A stretch of 63,395 nucleotides of DNA, filler included, from Reticulomyxa filosa (taxonomy: Eukaryota > Protista > Foraminifera): the NCBI GenBank assembly GCA_000512085.1. It is 23 parts of 23 records of this genome, joined end to end, with 100 filler letters (N's around TTAATTAATTAA, not from the genome) between each part and the next. Parts side by side here need not be neighbours in the genome. Positions count along the whole stretch, not along the records: positions 48,566 to 51,313 come from ASPP01002823.1; positions 51,414 to 54,787 come from ASPP01003817.1; positions 54,888 to 56,692 come from ASPP01025159.1; positions 56,793 to 60,959 come from ASPP01000768.1; 19 more parts are not named here. One strand, 5' to 3'. Of this stretch, positions 48,896 to 60,959 are shown piece by piece (positions within the stretch are counted from its first letter, which is position 1; every line of letters begins with the position of its first letter). Position numbers and translations under genes: made by a program. Under the pieces are notes generated by a model that worked only from the letters and a program-made list of their open reading frames with translations, had not been told where the DNA came from and searched no databases.

Positions 48896-49429
48896 AAATG
48901 TAAATCTTGTGAAATAATAGTAACAGGAGGTGCTTGTACACCCATCTTCCCTCTCCCATCAAAACGAATTTTTTGTAATAAATGGAAAAACAACAACTTT
49001 TTGATAATGTTGCAACTACTGCAAGATCAATTATTAAGAAGATGCCCAACCCGGTCTTTTATTTTTTTCTTTATTTTGGATTTGTTCAAAAATAGATTAA
49101 GCATAATTTTTTTTGGCACAGTATTCAAATGTTAAATGAAAATGATTTTTTTTTTTATTAAAAATGTATCCAATATCAATCTTGTGTTGATCCAACAATA
49201 TATTTTCGTGGATCCACATTTTGTAATGAACTATTTTTTTTTGCTTATTGTTGACTACAATAACCATCATACGCAAAATAACATTAACAATATACGAAAA
49301 AACTACTTATAATGCAGGTCCGTGTTGTACGTATATGTGCACATGCAAAGTGTTTTTTTAAGTTTGTAAAGATTTTGCATTTGATCTAAAAAAATCAAAC
49401 TAAAAAAAAAAAAATTAAAGATTGGCTAA

Positions 49430-50800
49430 GTGGTGATACTGCAACAGCGTTATCATATTGATACGTGTATTTAGGCCAAGATGTTCGTGGGAGGTATCTG
49501 AGAAATAGGTCGTATTCGTTTTGGCGCAACGACGGCAATGACGCGATTGACACAATCTCATGGATGTTGCAGCAAACATGGAGCGACTGTTTCATGGACG
49601 TGCAAGGGCATATGTAGAGTTGCTCATTGGTGAGTGGTTGACCGAAATTGGAGAAACTTTGTACATTAACACAGTTTTGAAGAATAAGTCCTTTGGCCCC
49701 TATTGGTATCAAATAAATGGTGACTCCCAATGATACACTTTGCTGGATGGTACGACATTTTTCAACCATCCAAATACAAGTGGCCTTGGCTATAAACGAA
49801 ACGGGTTTGTTTTGAGTTTTAAAAAATTAAAAGAGAAAAGATGGTGAGTGGGGGGGGGTGTGTGTGGTCATAAGAATATACGTATACATATACGCAAATA
49901 TATACGTATTCTTTTTCATCAATCCCCCACTACTTATTTCTTGAAAAGAGAAAGTTTTTTTAAATGATTAAATATATAAAAATATGTTTGTTTGTGAACA
50001 GGTAGTGAGTATGCAAAAACGTCAACAGATCTTGATGATTGATGCTGGCGGCCATTGTGAACGGGGCGCGATCAATTGGCTCAACAACTCGTACGGTCTG
50101 GACTTGCTGCTCGATACATTGCTGCCAGAGATCTACGCGGGGGGCGTAATGTACCGTTCATATTCACATAGCGATTCCTTGGAACGTGTTGTTCTGCATG
50201 CTTGGACCGGTCCGAGAGCAACTATTGGATCGCCTCTGAATCGTTGCCTTCTATCAGATCGTATCTGACGTATTACCCCGATGGAAGTGGCTATTCTGGC
50301 GCCTTACACTTGGACTTGCCACAAGGGTCAGGCACGAAGCAATATGTATTTGAACCTTTTAATTCGATGCAGACGTATGTAGGAAATAATCTCATTTTTC
50401 AACATTTCTGGTATTTATTTTTTTGGAGAATATTATTATTATAAATTATTTCTACCAAGACATAATCATAATAAATATATGCATATAAATATATTTATTA
50501 TTATTGTTACTATTGTTATCATTGAAGTTGATCGAATCTTTCAAAATGGTACGCACATGCTTGTGCAATGCGGTATATTGCACTTAAAGTGGAGAAATGG
50601 AAACTCTTCCACGGAAATGGCTCAGCATTTGGTTGCTGAACAGGTGTATCAGATCAATGTCGACATTAAAATGATGAGCTATATTTTAATTGCAAACACA
50701 AAATTCGATTGATCATTTCTTCCAATAATTGGCCGATGTTTTTTGTGAATTGGAACAATGACAAACTGGTTATCGATGGGAGCTATGCAATGGTACTCGC
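49430..50800 (+). pseudogene. CocE/NonD family hydrolase (peptidase S15 with PepX C-terminal domain), degenerate
   Basis: YVYLGQDVRGR, NDGNDAIDTISWMLQQTWS, LMIDAGGHC, MLVQCGILHLKWRNG...VYQINVDI...RLIISSNNWPMF. Contains stops and frameshifts; no GxSYxG nucleophile block seen; introns present. Confidence 0.7.
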
Positions 50801-51714
50801 GGGCAATGTCTTTTCTTCTCGAAAAGCTCTAGTAATAGATGATGAGTTTGTCGCTTTTGAAAGCAGCACGATTCGTGCCTTCAATGTGATAACTCATGAT
50901 TTTGTTACAAATGTTCGGTCTAAAATTAAAAGTTCAAGACTTTTAAAAAATAGCATTGACCAATAACCGTCAAAAGCAATAAACGCCAACATGGCAATTA
51001 CTCTAGCACAAACTGCAAAAATATCACAAAAATTACCAATATTATCGTAATAACAATACAGCAAGGTTTGCAGATTGTCATCAGTTTGTTCTTTTTTTGC
51101 ATCATCAATATTATTGCTATTATCAGACATATACTAACTCTATTTAAGAAAACATAATAACGTGAATGTTGATAATCGGAATTCTCTAAAAAACATTGAA
51201 CGCAGCTTTTTTAAAATTTTTTAAACAACAAAATAAAAAAAAAAATAATAATTAAATGTTTGCATTCAATATATACTTTCTTTAATCAAATTTTTCAAAC
51301 AAAAACACTTTTCNNNNNNNNNNNNNNNNNNNNNNNNNNNNNNNNNNNNNNNNNNNNTTAATTAATTAANNNNNNNNNNNNNNNNNNNNNNNNNNNNNNN
51401 NNNNNNNNNNNNNAGAAGGAAAACGCTGTTGACTTTAACACTATCACAAATTTTATTATAAAATTGACAATTTGGAATGCATAAAAATATTTATCAAGAC
51501 TTTTTCTTTGTCAAGTATTGTCATAAGAAAACTGCAGTCTACTTTTAAATACACTTTTTTTTGGAAAAAGTATTGTTTGATTGCATTAAAAAAACAATAA
51601 TTACAAATGCAGCTTTAAAAATTGGAATTATACCTAATCAATATCCAAGCATTTCACAAACAGATTTGTGATTTTTCTTAAATCAATAACCTATTTTCTG
51701 TTAATTGATGTTTA

Positions 51715-52445
51715 TTAATTTTCGTCTTCTTCCTCTCCTTCATTTGGATCGGGATAAGGATCAGAGGCATCGACACTGGGATGAGCATACTCCCATGTCG
51801 GTGAACTATCGTAAGGTTTTTCAGAAGAGATTTCTTTCAAAAGATGGGTGGTGCAGCGCTGTTCTTGTAAATTTTTGTCACAAGACTGATTCTTAAACAA
51901 AACTAAATAAGGTTGGAGATCGACAGTAATTCGAGTAAAGTCATCCAAGAATTTCAGACGTACACCTTTTGTGGTATAGCTGCCAGCGAAAAAAGCCAGC
52001 TTAAAAACGACACATTCATCAGTATCAAATTTTAAAACAGCGGAAGAAGAAGGATCAGTTGTGGAAGATTGGGCATTAAATTCACGTGCAAAATATTTTA
52101 ATAACTTTGGAATACCTTGCCATTGATTATCGTTGACCTCAATGACAAATTGTTTGGGAAGGTTGTTGATCAAAGTATGTTTCGCTCTTTGTTCGAGGTC
52201 CAGCCATTTCCAAATGTCTTGCACTTCGATTGAAAATTCCAAATGGACAAAATCCAACGCATTGTCAAATAATACATCAAACACTCTTTTTTCATTTCTT
52301 GTCTGTTTCATTTTGACATCATCAATGGCCAGTTTCACTTTCTTCATAGCAGAGCTGTGCCAACGATCTTCATAATCATAGCACATTTGCACAGCGTGCA
52401 TTTCAACATCAAATGTAACAAAAGATAAACACTACGTATAATGAG

Positions 52446-52481
<36 letters not shown>

Positions 52482-53888
52482 AGTGAAAAACTAGTGTTGA
52501 GATCAATCAAAAGAGGTTGAAGCAATGCAAATGCATCATTGTCAAGTATCAATTCCCGCAGATGAAGGAACTTGGGCAGCAAGGCTCCAAAAGGTCCCAA
52601 ATTGTCGGGATAACGTCCACACCTCCACATGACCAGGACTTCCAAGCGTTCATGGAGCAGCAGACATGGGGAAGGGGATCGCAAGAACAGCTTTCGCATG
52701 TAGCAGTGCGCAAAGATGACGGATTGAACAGTGTTGACGATATGTGCCGGAACGGACTTATTCGTCTTCCCTTCCTCAAACTCTTGTATTTCTTCGGGAG
52801 CCAATAGTCCTACCATGCCATGTTCTTCAAACCCACTTTGGACAAAGCGAATTTCTTGGAGACAAGGGATTTGATGATTGATCGTGGCTAGTCCTTGATA
52901 TAAATCATTGGAGGTCCCTTCAAACGCAAGTTCCAATTTCTCCACTTTCATCAACGAGGTATTACTAACCATTGGGTCATTCGATTCCGCGCGACAATTG
53001 CGAATCAAATAATCTGCAAAATTTTTCATCACATTCAACTCGGCTTTGATTTTGCGCACGTGGCTAAAGTTTGGCAAATTATCATACACTTTTGCCGGCA
53101 GGATTTTCAAACTCAATTCCTCCACCGCCACAAAATGGTCTGCTAATTTTCTTACCTCTCCCAAACATTTGTCCGGAAGGTTCTCGGAACATTGCAGCAA
53201 CAGTCGTGGCGCACGTCGGTACGGAACCAAGTGACGGCGATATGCATTTTCTTCGTTTGACAAAACGTCCAAATCCAATGCAAATGCCAACTTAAAGCTC
53301 TCTGGAGATCGCATCAAATATAAAAAACGTCGACATATGTAACAACACATGGCTCGGTCACGCCACCCAAAATATTGAAATATCTCACACCATAACACAT
53401 TAGGCAAATCTCTCAATTCATGGGACTTATTTGTTCCTTCTTTTTCCTCATTTATCACGTCTATCGCACTGCTTGTCATTGATCTTGACAATGGCATCGT
53501 CGTCATCGCTGTCGTTTTCACCATACTCAAACATGTGTCCATCGCATTGCTTGTCATTTCTGGTAGCGATTCTAACATCAGACAAAATGTCAAACGCCGC
53601 ATCTGTTCCACGGACATTTCGGAACTCACCGTCCTTGCCCACTTCTCTATCAATTCTGTATATTGTGTGGGAGACGTAAAAGTTGTCAAATATTCTTGTA
53701 ATAATATTGCTTGTGAAAGAATATCTTGAGATATGCTTGGTTTCTTGTCCATCAATGCTTTTAAATTGATATCTATATTTTTTTTTTCTCTCACTCTCCC
53801 CCTTCTTTCTTTTTTTTTTTTTAAAAAAAAACAGAAATGTACAAAACTCTGCTTTGTTCGCTCTCAGACTTTCAAGTTGTGGCAACAT
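51715..53888 (-). CDS. F-box protein with LRR-like C-terminal region
   Basis: F-box LRDLPNVLWCEIFQYFGWRDRAMCCYICRRF followed by repeats such as VEELSL, VEKLEL, LQEIRF, LEVLVM and LRELIL; poly-T intron near 52430-52495. Confidence 0.82.
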
Positions 53889-54349
53889 TTATCAGAGAAT
53901 ATATATGTATATGTACACATATAATGCACTGCATACACATATAAACATGAGAGAACTTGAAGAAAGCGTGAGCTAGAAAAGAGACAGGGATTTATGAAGG
54001 GGAAATTGATTATTCTATTGCACTTTGTGCTGTTCTAAATGTTTAACAAAAACACACACATAAAAAAAAAATGTCTCGATTCATACAAGCACAGGGAGCA
54101 ACTGTTGCGTCTGTGTGCATTGATCTTTGTAACTTCAAAATTTAAAAACGCATACAGTTTGTACAAAAAAAAAAAAGGGTTCACTTTCATCCTTGTAAAT
54201 ATGATTGAATGTTGAAATATTGTCAAGGTTGCAAATTTTAATAGTTGAAAGATTTTTGTTTGTTTTTTTTTTTTTTTAAAAAAATGATATTGTGTTATGT
54301 ATTATCAAGGTTATAGTTTTTTGATTGGAATAAAAGTAGTAAGAGAATG

Positions 54350-54706
54350 TTAAGAATGATTGTCATTGTCATCTTCGTTTTCACTCCACAAGTCTTTAAC
54401 GGCTTCAATCTGTCCCATAAGTGCAGGTAATTGGGTGAGCGCAGTAGTGTACCAATTACGGTCTCCGATGTCTTCAATGCACTCTTTAAAAGGCTCCAAA
54501 GCCGAAATCCACTTGTCAGAAGACATTTGAACACATGTGATGACGACACAGAGAGGCACGCCCAAGTCGATCAACTTGGCACACATGGCAATTAACTTGG
54601 GGGCTTTGGCAAGCCATTTGAACAATGAGTACTTTGCTAAGTCTTCAGTGGATTGAGGGGGTTCCAATCCTTGGAAATCGTAGTCTAGCATCAATTGTCT
54701 CGTTCT
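54350..54706 (-). CDS. Hypothetical protein, last exon
   Basis: 114-aa coding-like ORF after an AG acceptor; no family recognised. Confidence 0.4.
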   Translation of the reverse strand, partial: RTRQLMLDYDFQGLEPPQSTEDLAKYSLFKWLAKAPKLIAMCAKLIDLGVPLCVVITCVQMSSDKWISALEPFKECIEDIGDRNWYTTALTQLPALMGQIEAVKDLWSENEDDNDNHS

Positions 54707-55594
54707 GTCATTGAAAAAAAAAAAATAAAAAAAACGGAGTTATTATTTATTTATGTATTTCTTTGTAATATAATTTTTGGGGGGGGGNNNNNNNNNNNNN
54801 NNNNNNNNNNNNNNNNNNNNNNNNNNNNNNNTTAATTAATTAANNNNNNNNNNNNNNNNNNNNNNNNNNNNNNNNNNNNNNNNNNNNCCAGAAAATATTT
54901 TATTTGATCAATCTGGTTATGCGTGTTGACTGTCCAAGGAATTGACCAATGCCCCAATATAACGATAACAAAGAGGTATATCTGCTGGGACTGGCAGTGG
55001 AACACACTATTGCAAATGAACATCACGTAAATGACTAGGACAGTCCGTTTGTGGTCGCCGCAATTGGGAAGGATTCCAATGCTTGTTCAAACTTCTTTGC
55101 AAATGTAATCGGCCATTCAGGGTCGCAGTTTGGACTTTGGAATAGTGGCTCTATGTCATTGTTGCTAATTTCTTTAATCAAACAATTGAAATTTCATTTG
55201 CTCAAATCATTGATGTTAAACAAAATTGTATCATTCCAACTGTCGAGTCTATAGTTTTGCATCCATTTGAACAGTGCTTTCTCGACCACGTCTCGACAGG
55301 TTGGCTTTTATAGATTTGTATTTGCGTAACAATCATACCTTTTTAAAAAGCGTCCAAGTCCATGGGACCGGCGTGCAAGGGATTATGCACACAGTTCATT
55401 GAACACAAGCAATGAGAAGTTTATCTCAGTGTATGATCTTCCGCAAAGTATAAACGTGTTTAGGATTGACGATACTGACATCTAGTAAAAAGCAAGCAAT
55501 TAGACACAGTCTTTCGGAAAGTGGTTTGATTTTTTGCTAGTATCAAGTTTGTGTGATTACACAAAAGAGGGACAACAGTTCAAACGACTCATTT

Positions 55595-55634
<40 letters not shown>

Positions 55635-56792
55635 TGTATAAATGCAATTTAATGAATACATGAAACAGGCATTAGTGAAACGTATGAGTGAAAAAAAGCA
55701 GTTGGTGTTGGAAATCCAATTTGCATTGGAAAACCGAGAGAATATTCCAATGAGTTTGGAGTCGATTGCCGTGATTCCCGTCCAATGGCATACATTTGCG
55801 TACGTATCAAATCTCACCAAAAGTGGACAACAGTCCTGGAAACAAGCATATTATGCACCAAAGCCTTATTGATCAATTACAGAGTTATCAAATGAGTTAC
55901 TTGTGCTTGCACAGAGTAATGACAAAACAGAAAAAGCAGATATTGAACAAGAAAAGAAAAAGAAAAAGAAAAGCAAAGAGCAATGAAATAGAGAGAAATA
56001 GACAAACAATCAACTTGTCACGCAACAACACAATGCTCTTATCGTCATGACACATCATCTCATCTTCATGTTCACAACAACAGGAACAACCCAAGACCAA
56101 AGACTGTTCATATCTTCAACTCTAAAAATTGTTCCACTCTTGGTTTGCTATATCTTCTTTTTTTAAAATTTTTTGGACTTATTTGCATTGGCGATATATA
56201 ATAATTGGATAAACAAAAAAAAAACATCGCTGCTCAACTGTTGCAGGATCGATTGACCATAGCTGTCTTCAAGCGACAAATGATTGGGAGTGCGTGGCGT
56301 TATGCTGTCGATCGTTTCGATATTGGGTTCCTTGTCTCTTATCACCTCTTCTGCCAATATGTTTTCTTTTCTTGTTCATACATAATTTTCTCTAATCTTT
56401 TTTTTTTAGCAATTAGGTCCAATCTCCTAAATGGAATTGAACACACACAGTTGTGTTTGTACTTATTTTGTTGAACAATTCTCCACATTCGACCAATTCC
56501 AACACAATATATAACATTTGTTTGCTCTCCAACACTTCTAGCAAACGAACCAAGTGTCTGTGATGATGTAGCATCTTCAATGCATTTACTTCTGTGCGAA
56601 CTGTAATGATAAGATTGCGTTTCTTGATTTCCTCTTTTTACTTATAACTTTTATATCCACTTTTTGCTTCTTTCAATATATGAATACATTACNNNNNNNN
56701 NNNNNNNNNNNNNNNNNNNNNNNNNNNNNNNNNNNNTTAATTAATTAANNNNNNNNNNNNNNNNNNNNNNNNNNNNNNNNNNNNNNNNNNNN

Positions 56793-56936
56793 AAAATCAA
56801 TATCATATTTAAAAACTACAAGACTTGTATATATTTTTTTTAAAAAAATTAGGTCTAAATGTTGATTTTTCATTGATAAAATCAATTATCATCATAATAT
56901 ATGTTTTATGCGTTCAGTTTTCTTTGCAACATAATG
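56793..56936 (-). mobile_element. Tc1/mariner-type terminus (copy 4, end type B, decayed)
   Basis: Highly similar to 27430-27587 (...TTTTATGCGTTCAGTTTTCTTTGCAAC...TG|TA); at a contig start. Confidence 0.72.
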
Positions 56937-57568
56937 TATATAACATTTAAAATAATATATTTATCAACTAGTTGTCACACACAAGAGCTCATTTGTGTAG
57001 ATTATTCAATGTAAGAATCAATGCCCTAGAATTGATTGGTGAAAGGATTGTCGGATGTTATAGATTGAAGTTGACTTTGACTGTTCAATAGTATAACTCA
57101 GTTTAATGTGAAGGTCACAGATTGCATACTGCGACATATGTAATGTGTGGGTAAGGGTGTATGTGTTAAGCATTAAACTGCTACTAGTCATAAGTGCATA
57201 GTGATAGTGCATATAAGCACCGGCACAAATTTTTTTTATATTATATATAAGATATTGAAATTTAACATGTAAAAATTTTTTTCACCAAGTTTTCTGGTTA
57301 ATTTTCAAAAAAAAAATTAATCGTTTTTTGTTAACATATTTGGCTTTGCGAAATGCTGAGACAAAAGCAGATTTGAGTGTTATTATTTGGAAAATGATAG
57401 TGTCTCATCGAAGTCGACAACTTTTTACAAGCACAAACTTAAAATGGCATCAAAATATAATAATTCACGTTAATTTTTTTCATTAGTTTTGTGCTCTTCT
57501 CTCTTTCTTGTTGGTTTAAGGAAAAATTATTGCTCTTTTCACTACCTCGCAAATTCGGGTTAAAAAAA

Positions 57569-58860
57569 TTAACAATTGAAAATCAGCTTATATTCCAAAG
57601 AATGCCTTTCTGCTGGGGATTTGTTCCAGCGGCAATGGTACACCAAATGTCCCTCAAATTTGTCAAGTTTTCCTTTGAAGAGAACACTTGACGACGTGCC
57701 ATCTTGAAGTGTTGCGGTGACAGTGGATGCATCACCAACACTTTGTTCAACACCAACATGCCAATTAGGATGTTCACGATCTATTTGATTTATTTTCAAT
57801 TTACCAAAACCAATGGTACCATCACGAACAGCCGCAAAGCCACCTAAGCTTATTTCACTGAATTTTTTCTCTCTATTTTTTTTTAAAGACAACAATACAC
57901 AATTTCAAATCATTTTAATAATTTCTTGCACAAGATAGATGGAAATGGAAAAAGCAATTATTTTGCGAAAGGAAAGTTATTGTTATATCATTTCCTCTCT
58001 CTTGGCACAGTTTTAAAAATTATACACAAGATGAACAACTTAACGTGCCCAAAACAAAGGTTTGATTTGGATTGCGTTGGTATTCCAACTTAAGATTGTA
58101 ATCTTTCAGGCCAAAATTTTTGTCATGGGAAGGTTTGTCAAACGACACCTTAGCACCAATGGCGAGTTTGTCAAATCCTTCATAAGAAACACCTGCTTCG
58201 GTTTCCCATCCATGGTTTTTCCAATCATGAGTATTTTTCCAATTGAATGCAAATTTGTCTTGCTTTTTCGACAATTCTGCCTCAAGTTTGGGTTCTTCAA
58301 CGCTATTTACAAAGCGCATCACATAACGTAATGGTTACATTTTTCCAAAACAAAAAAAATCCTTTTTTTTTTCATTTGGCTCACCTAAATTTTCCGCTGA
58401 ACACTGGTAATCGGCTGGTTGTGTAAATAAACTTTGGATTTTTCACCACACTTGTCTCTAATTGGAATGAATCTCGACCACAGTCATGTTTTACTGTCAA
58501 TTTGGAATCAACTTTATTGGTTGCATCGATTTTTGTTTTCACGGACCAGTTCTTTTTTTCCCCCAAATACAAACATTTTCAATTTTGTGAGAGGAAGAAA
58601 CTTTTCAAATTTCGAATGAGAGGGGAACAAAAAAAACACTATGCTCACGCCCAATTACATACCACTTTGCCTCCGTCGACATTCACTTCCAATGCGCGGT
58701 TCAATTGGTAAGTATCCTTGTCAAAAAATTCTATTTTTTTAAAAAGGTATACGTTGTACCAGTTCAAACTGTCGACATTATTAAAATCCTTCACAACAAT
58801 TCAGAAAAAACGTTTTCAACTGTCATAGCGTTTTGCAATATCTGCGTAAAAACGTGCCAT
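57569..58860 (-). CDS. VDAC: Mitochondrial porin (VDAC), divergent, multi-exon
   Basis: Spliced N-terminus MARFYADIAKRYDKFFDKD matches the VDAC N-terminal helix pattern; alternating beta-strand pattern throughout (AGVSYEG, LAIGAKVSFD, LKDYNLKLEY, WHVGVEQSV). Confidence 0.7.
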
Positions 58861-59161
58861 CTCCAAAGTTTTCAATGTCTTTCTTCAAAGTGCAATTAAT
58901 AGAGAGATTTTTCCCCTTCAAAAAAAAAAACTTTTGGTTGTGAACCTTGAAAGTTCTTGTGTTTTTAAATTTAGTTCGCTCAAAGCGTGAAATCATTTGT
59001 TAAAATGAAAAAAAAAGCAAGATCAAAAGTAAGAGCTATACTGTCACAGAAAACATACTTAGAGCACGCCGTCAAATTTGGCTGCTTCTCCCATAGAGTA
59101 AACTTCAAAGAGCGTGAAATATTCTTGGAAAAAGATAATAATATTAGTGAAAGCTTTGCTT

Positions 59162-60959
59162 ATGCTTCTTAGTGTACTTCTTGCGTTACTTTCACTTACT
59201 TTGTTGCTCCTGAGGTCGAATGGTCAAGTGAACGAGTATTGCGTCTACAATTCCTCGAGTGACAATCAGCTGAGAAAGTGCCACACACAAAACAAATATA
59301 ACACAGCCAAGTAGTGTAACAAATTGGTGTTGTGGTTTGCATGAAACACTTGAAAATGTACCTACCCTTCTTTCCGTTCAATCAGATATTTAGGGGGATC
59401 AACGGAATATAACTTCGAGGGATCGGTCGACAAATGGTTGGGTGTTCCAGTGGAAGCGAATCAAACAGTGTATTTAATGCATGGTCCCAATAAGCATTGG
59501 TTATTTTCCCTTTTTCCGAACGGGTATGTAAAAAAAAAAAAAAGTGTGTTATCATGACATTTGAGATAGAGTTTTTTTTTTTTGAAATGTAATGTAATAT
59601 TTTATTTTATTTTTTATAACAAAAAGAACAAATGCGTTTGCAAATTGTTCCGCGACAACACAAACTCCGAATGAATGTCCCTCATGGAAAGTGATGACGA
59701 AGAGTGGTCTGTATTTGGATCGCGGCCTGAACATCGCGGAAGGACCTTGCGTGTACAACAGTAGTCAAATGTCGAAGTGGACAGGCTTGCCCCGCTATGT
59801 ATGCAGCTACGGACAGTCATCCCCACATTGGAATGGCAACGCGCACTTGTGGGATGAGGCATGGGAGTTGCGTGCGTACACAAGCAACCATTATGGATAC
59901 TATCTCAACGTGGAAGCCATCCGAGCTGCGGATGGACAGTCTGTGTATTTATACGTACACCAAGTGAGTGCCCAACACGATGACCCTTCTCATGACTTTG
60001 TCGTGTGGACCGTTGCTACCGAGGTACGTATATCACCCAACCCATTGAATACAAAAAACACTTGGTATTGTAATGCTACAAATACTAGTAATGTGGCTGT
60101 TGCTTTGACTCAAATTTGTACCAAAAGTCATAGTTGGTATTATTTTGATTCCACTTCTTCCATGTGGACTGTTACGTAATCTCCTCCTGCCCCCTTTTTT
60201 TTTTTTTTTTTTTTGTTTCAAAAAAAAAAATAAATAATAATGGTTCATAAAATTAAAAAAGTTAATATGCAATATGTATAAATAGGTAAGTGCCAATGCA
60301 CGTCTTATTGGTCGTCAATGCCCTTATGTTGGCACGCGTCTTTGTGTGTATCAAAGCAACAAGTTAGTATTTTTCTTCTTGCTAGTTGCAAAAAGCTCAA
60401 ACGCAAACACAACTGACACTGGTGTGCATTTCATTTGAAAGCTCGATTATCAATGGGGACTACAACGCCACCGAGTCGTACACAAACCACTTTTCGTCGT
60501 GGGCCAAAGGCATCACTGCCTTTTTGGCTTTTTTTCCCAATGACACTACTGGCAACGGAACATGGACTATCACGAAAGATTTGGGCTCGCTCACGTAATT
60601 TTTAATTATTATTATTATTTTTTTTTTTATCTTTCGGAATAATAATATATGTTCATGTATACATATATGTATACATATATGTATACATATATATTAATGA
60701 TAACAATCTGATACGACATATATACACATACACACAAATGATTGGAACAAGTACTGTCTATGCGTACTGCCATGCCAGTGATCCATTCGACCCAATGACT
60801 TGCAATGGCCGTTGGGTCATTGGCAACAGTTCTACCTTCTATCCAAGCACAAAGATGAGAACTTACAACAGCACGTGCGCACTCGCCCCAACCCTGAAGC
60901 CGACCACATTTCCAACGCGTGAACCCACTCCTTTACCAACACCGCTCCCCACTCGACAG
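59162..60959 (+). CDS. Secreted or surface Cys/Trp-rich protein with a Pro-Thr stalk; 3' partial
   Basis: Signal peptide MLLSVLLALLSLTLLLLRSNG; repeated modules starting C-V-Y/C-I-S and containing INGxY and W motifs; many N-x-S/T sites; PTLKPTTFPTREPTPLPTPLPT. Confidence 0.7.

Noticed and set aside
54888-56692. Fragmentary coding-like stretches on both strands
   Set aside because: Multiple stops and no motif; could not be assigned even as a pseudogene of a known family.
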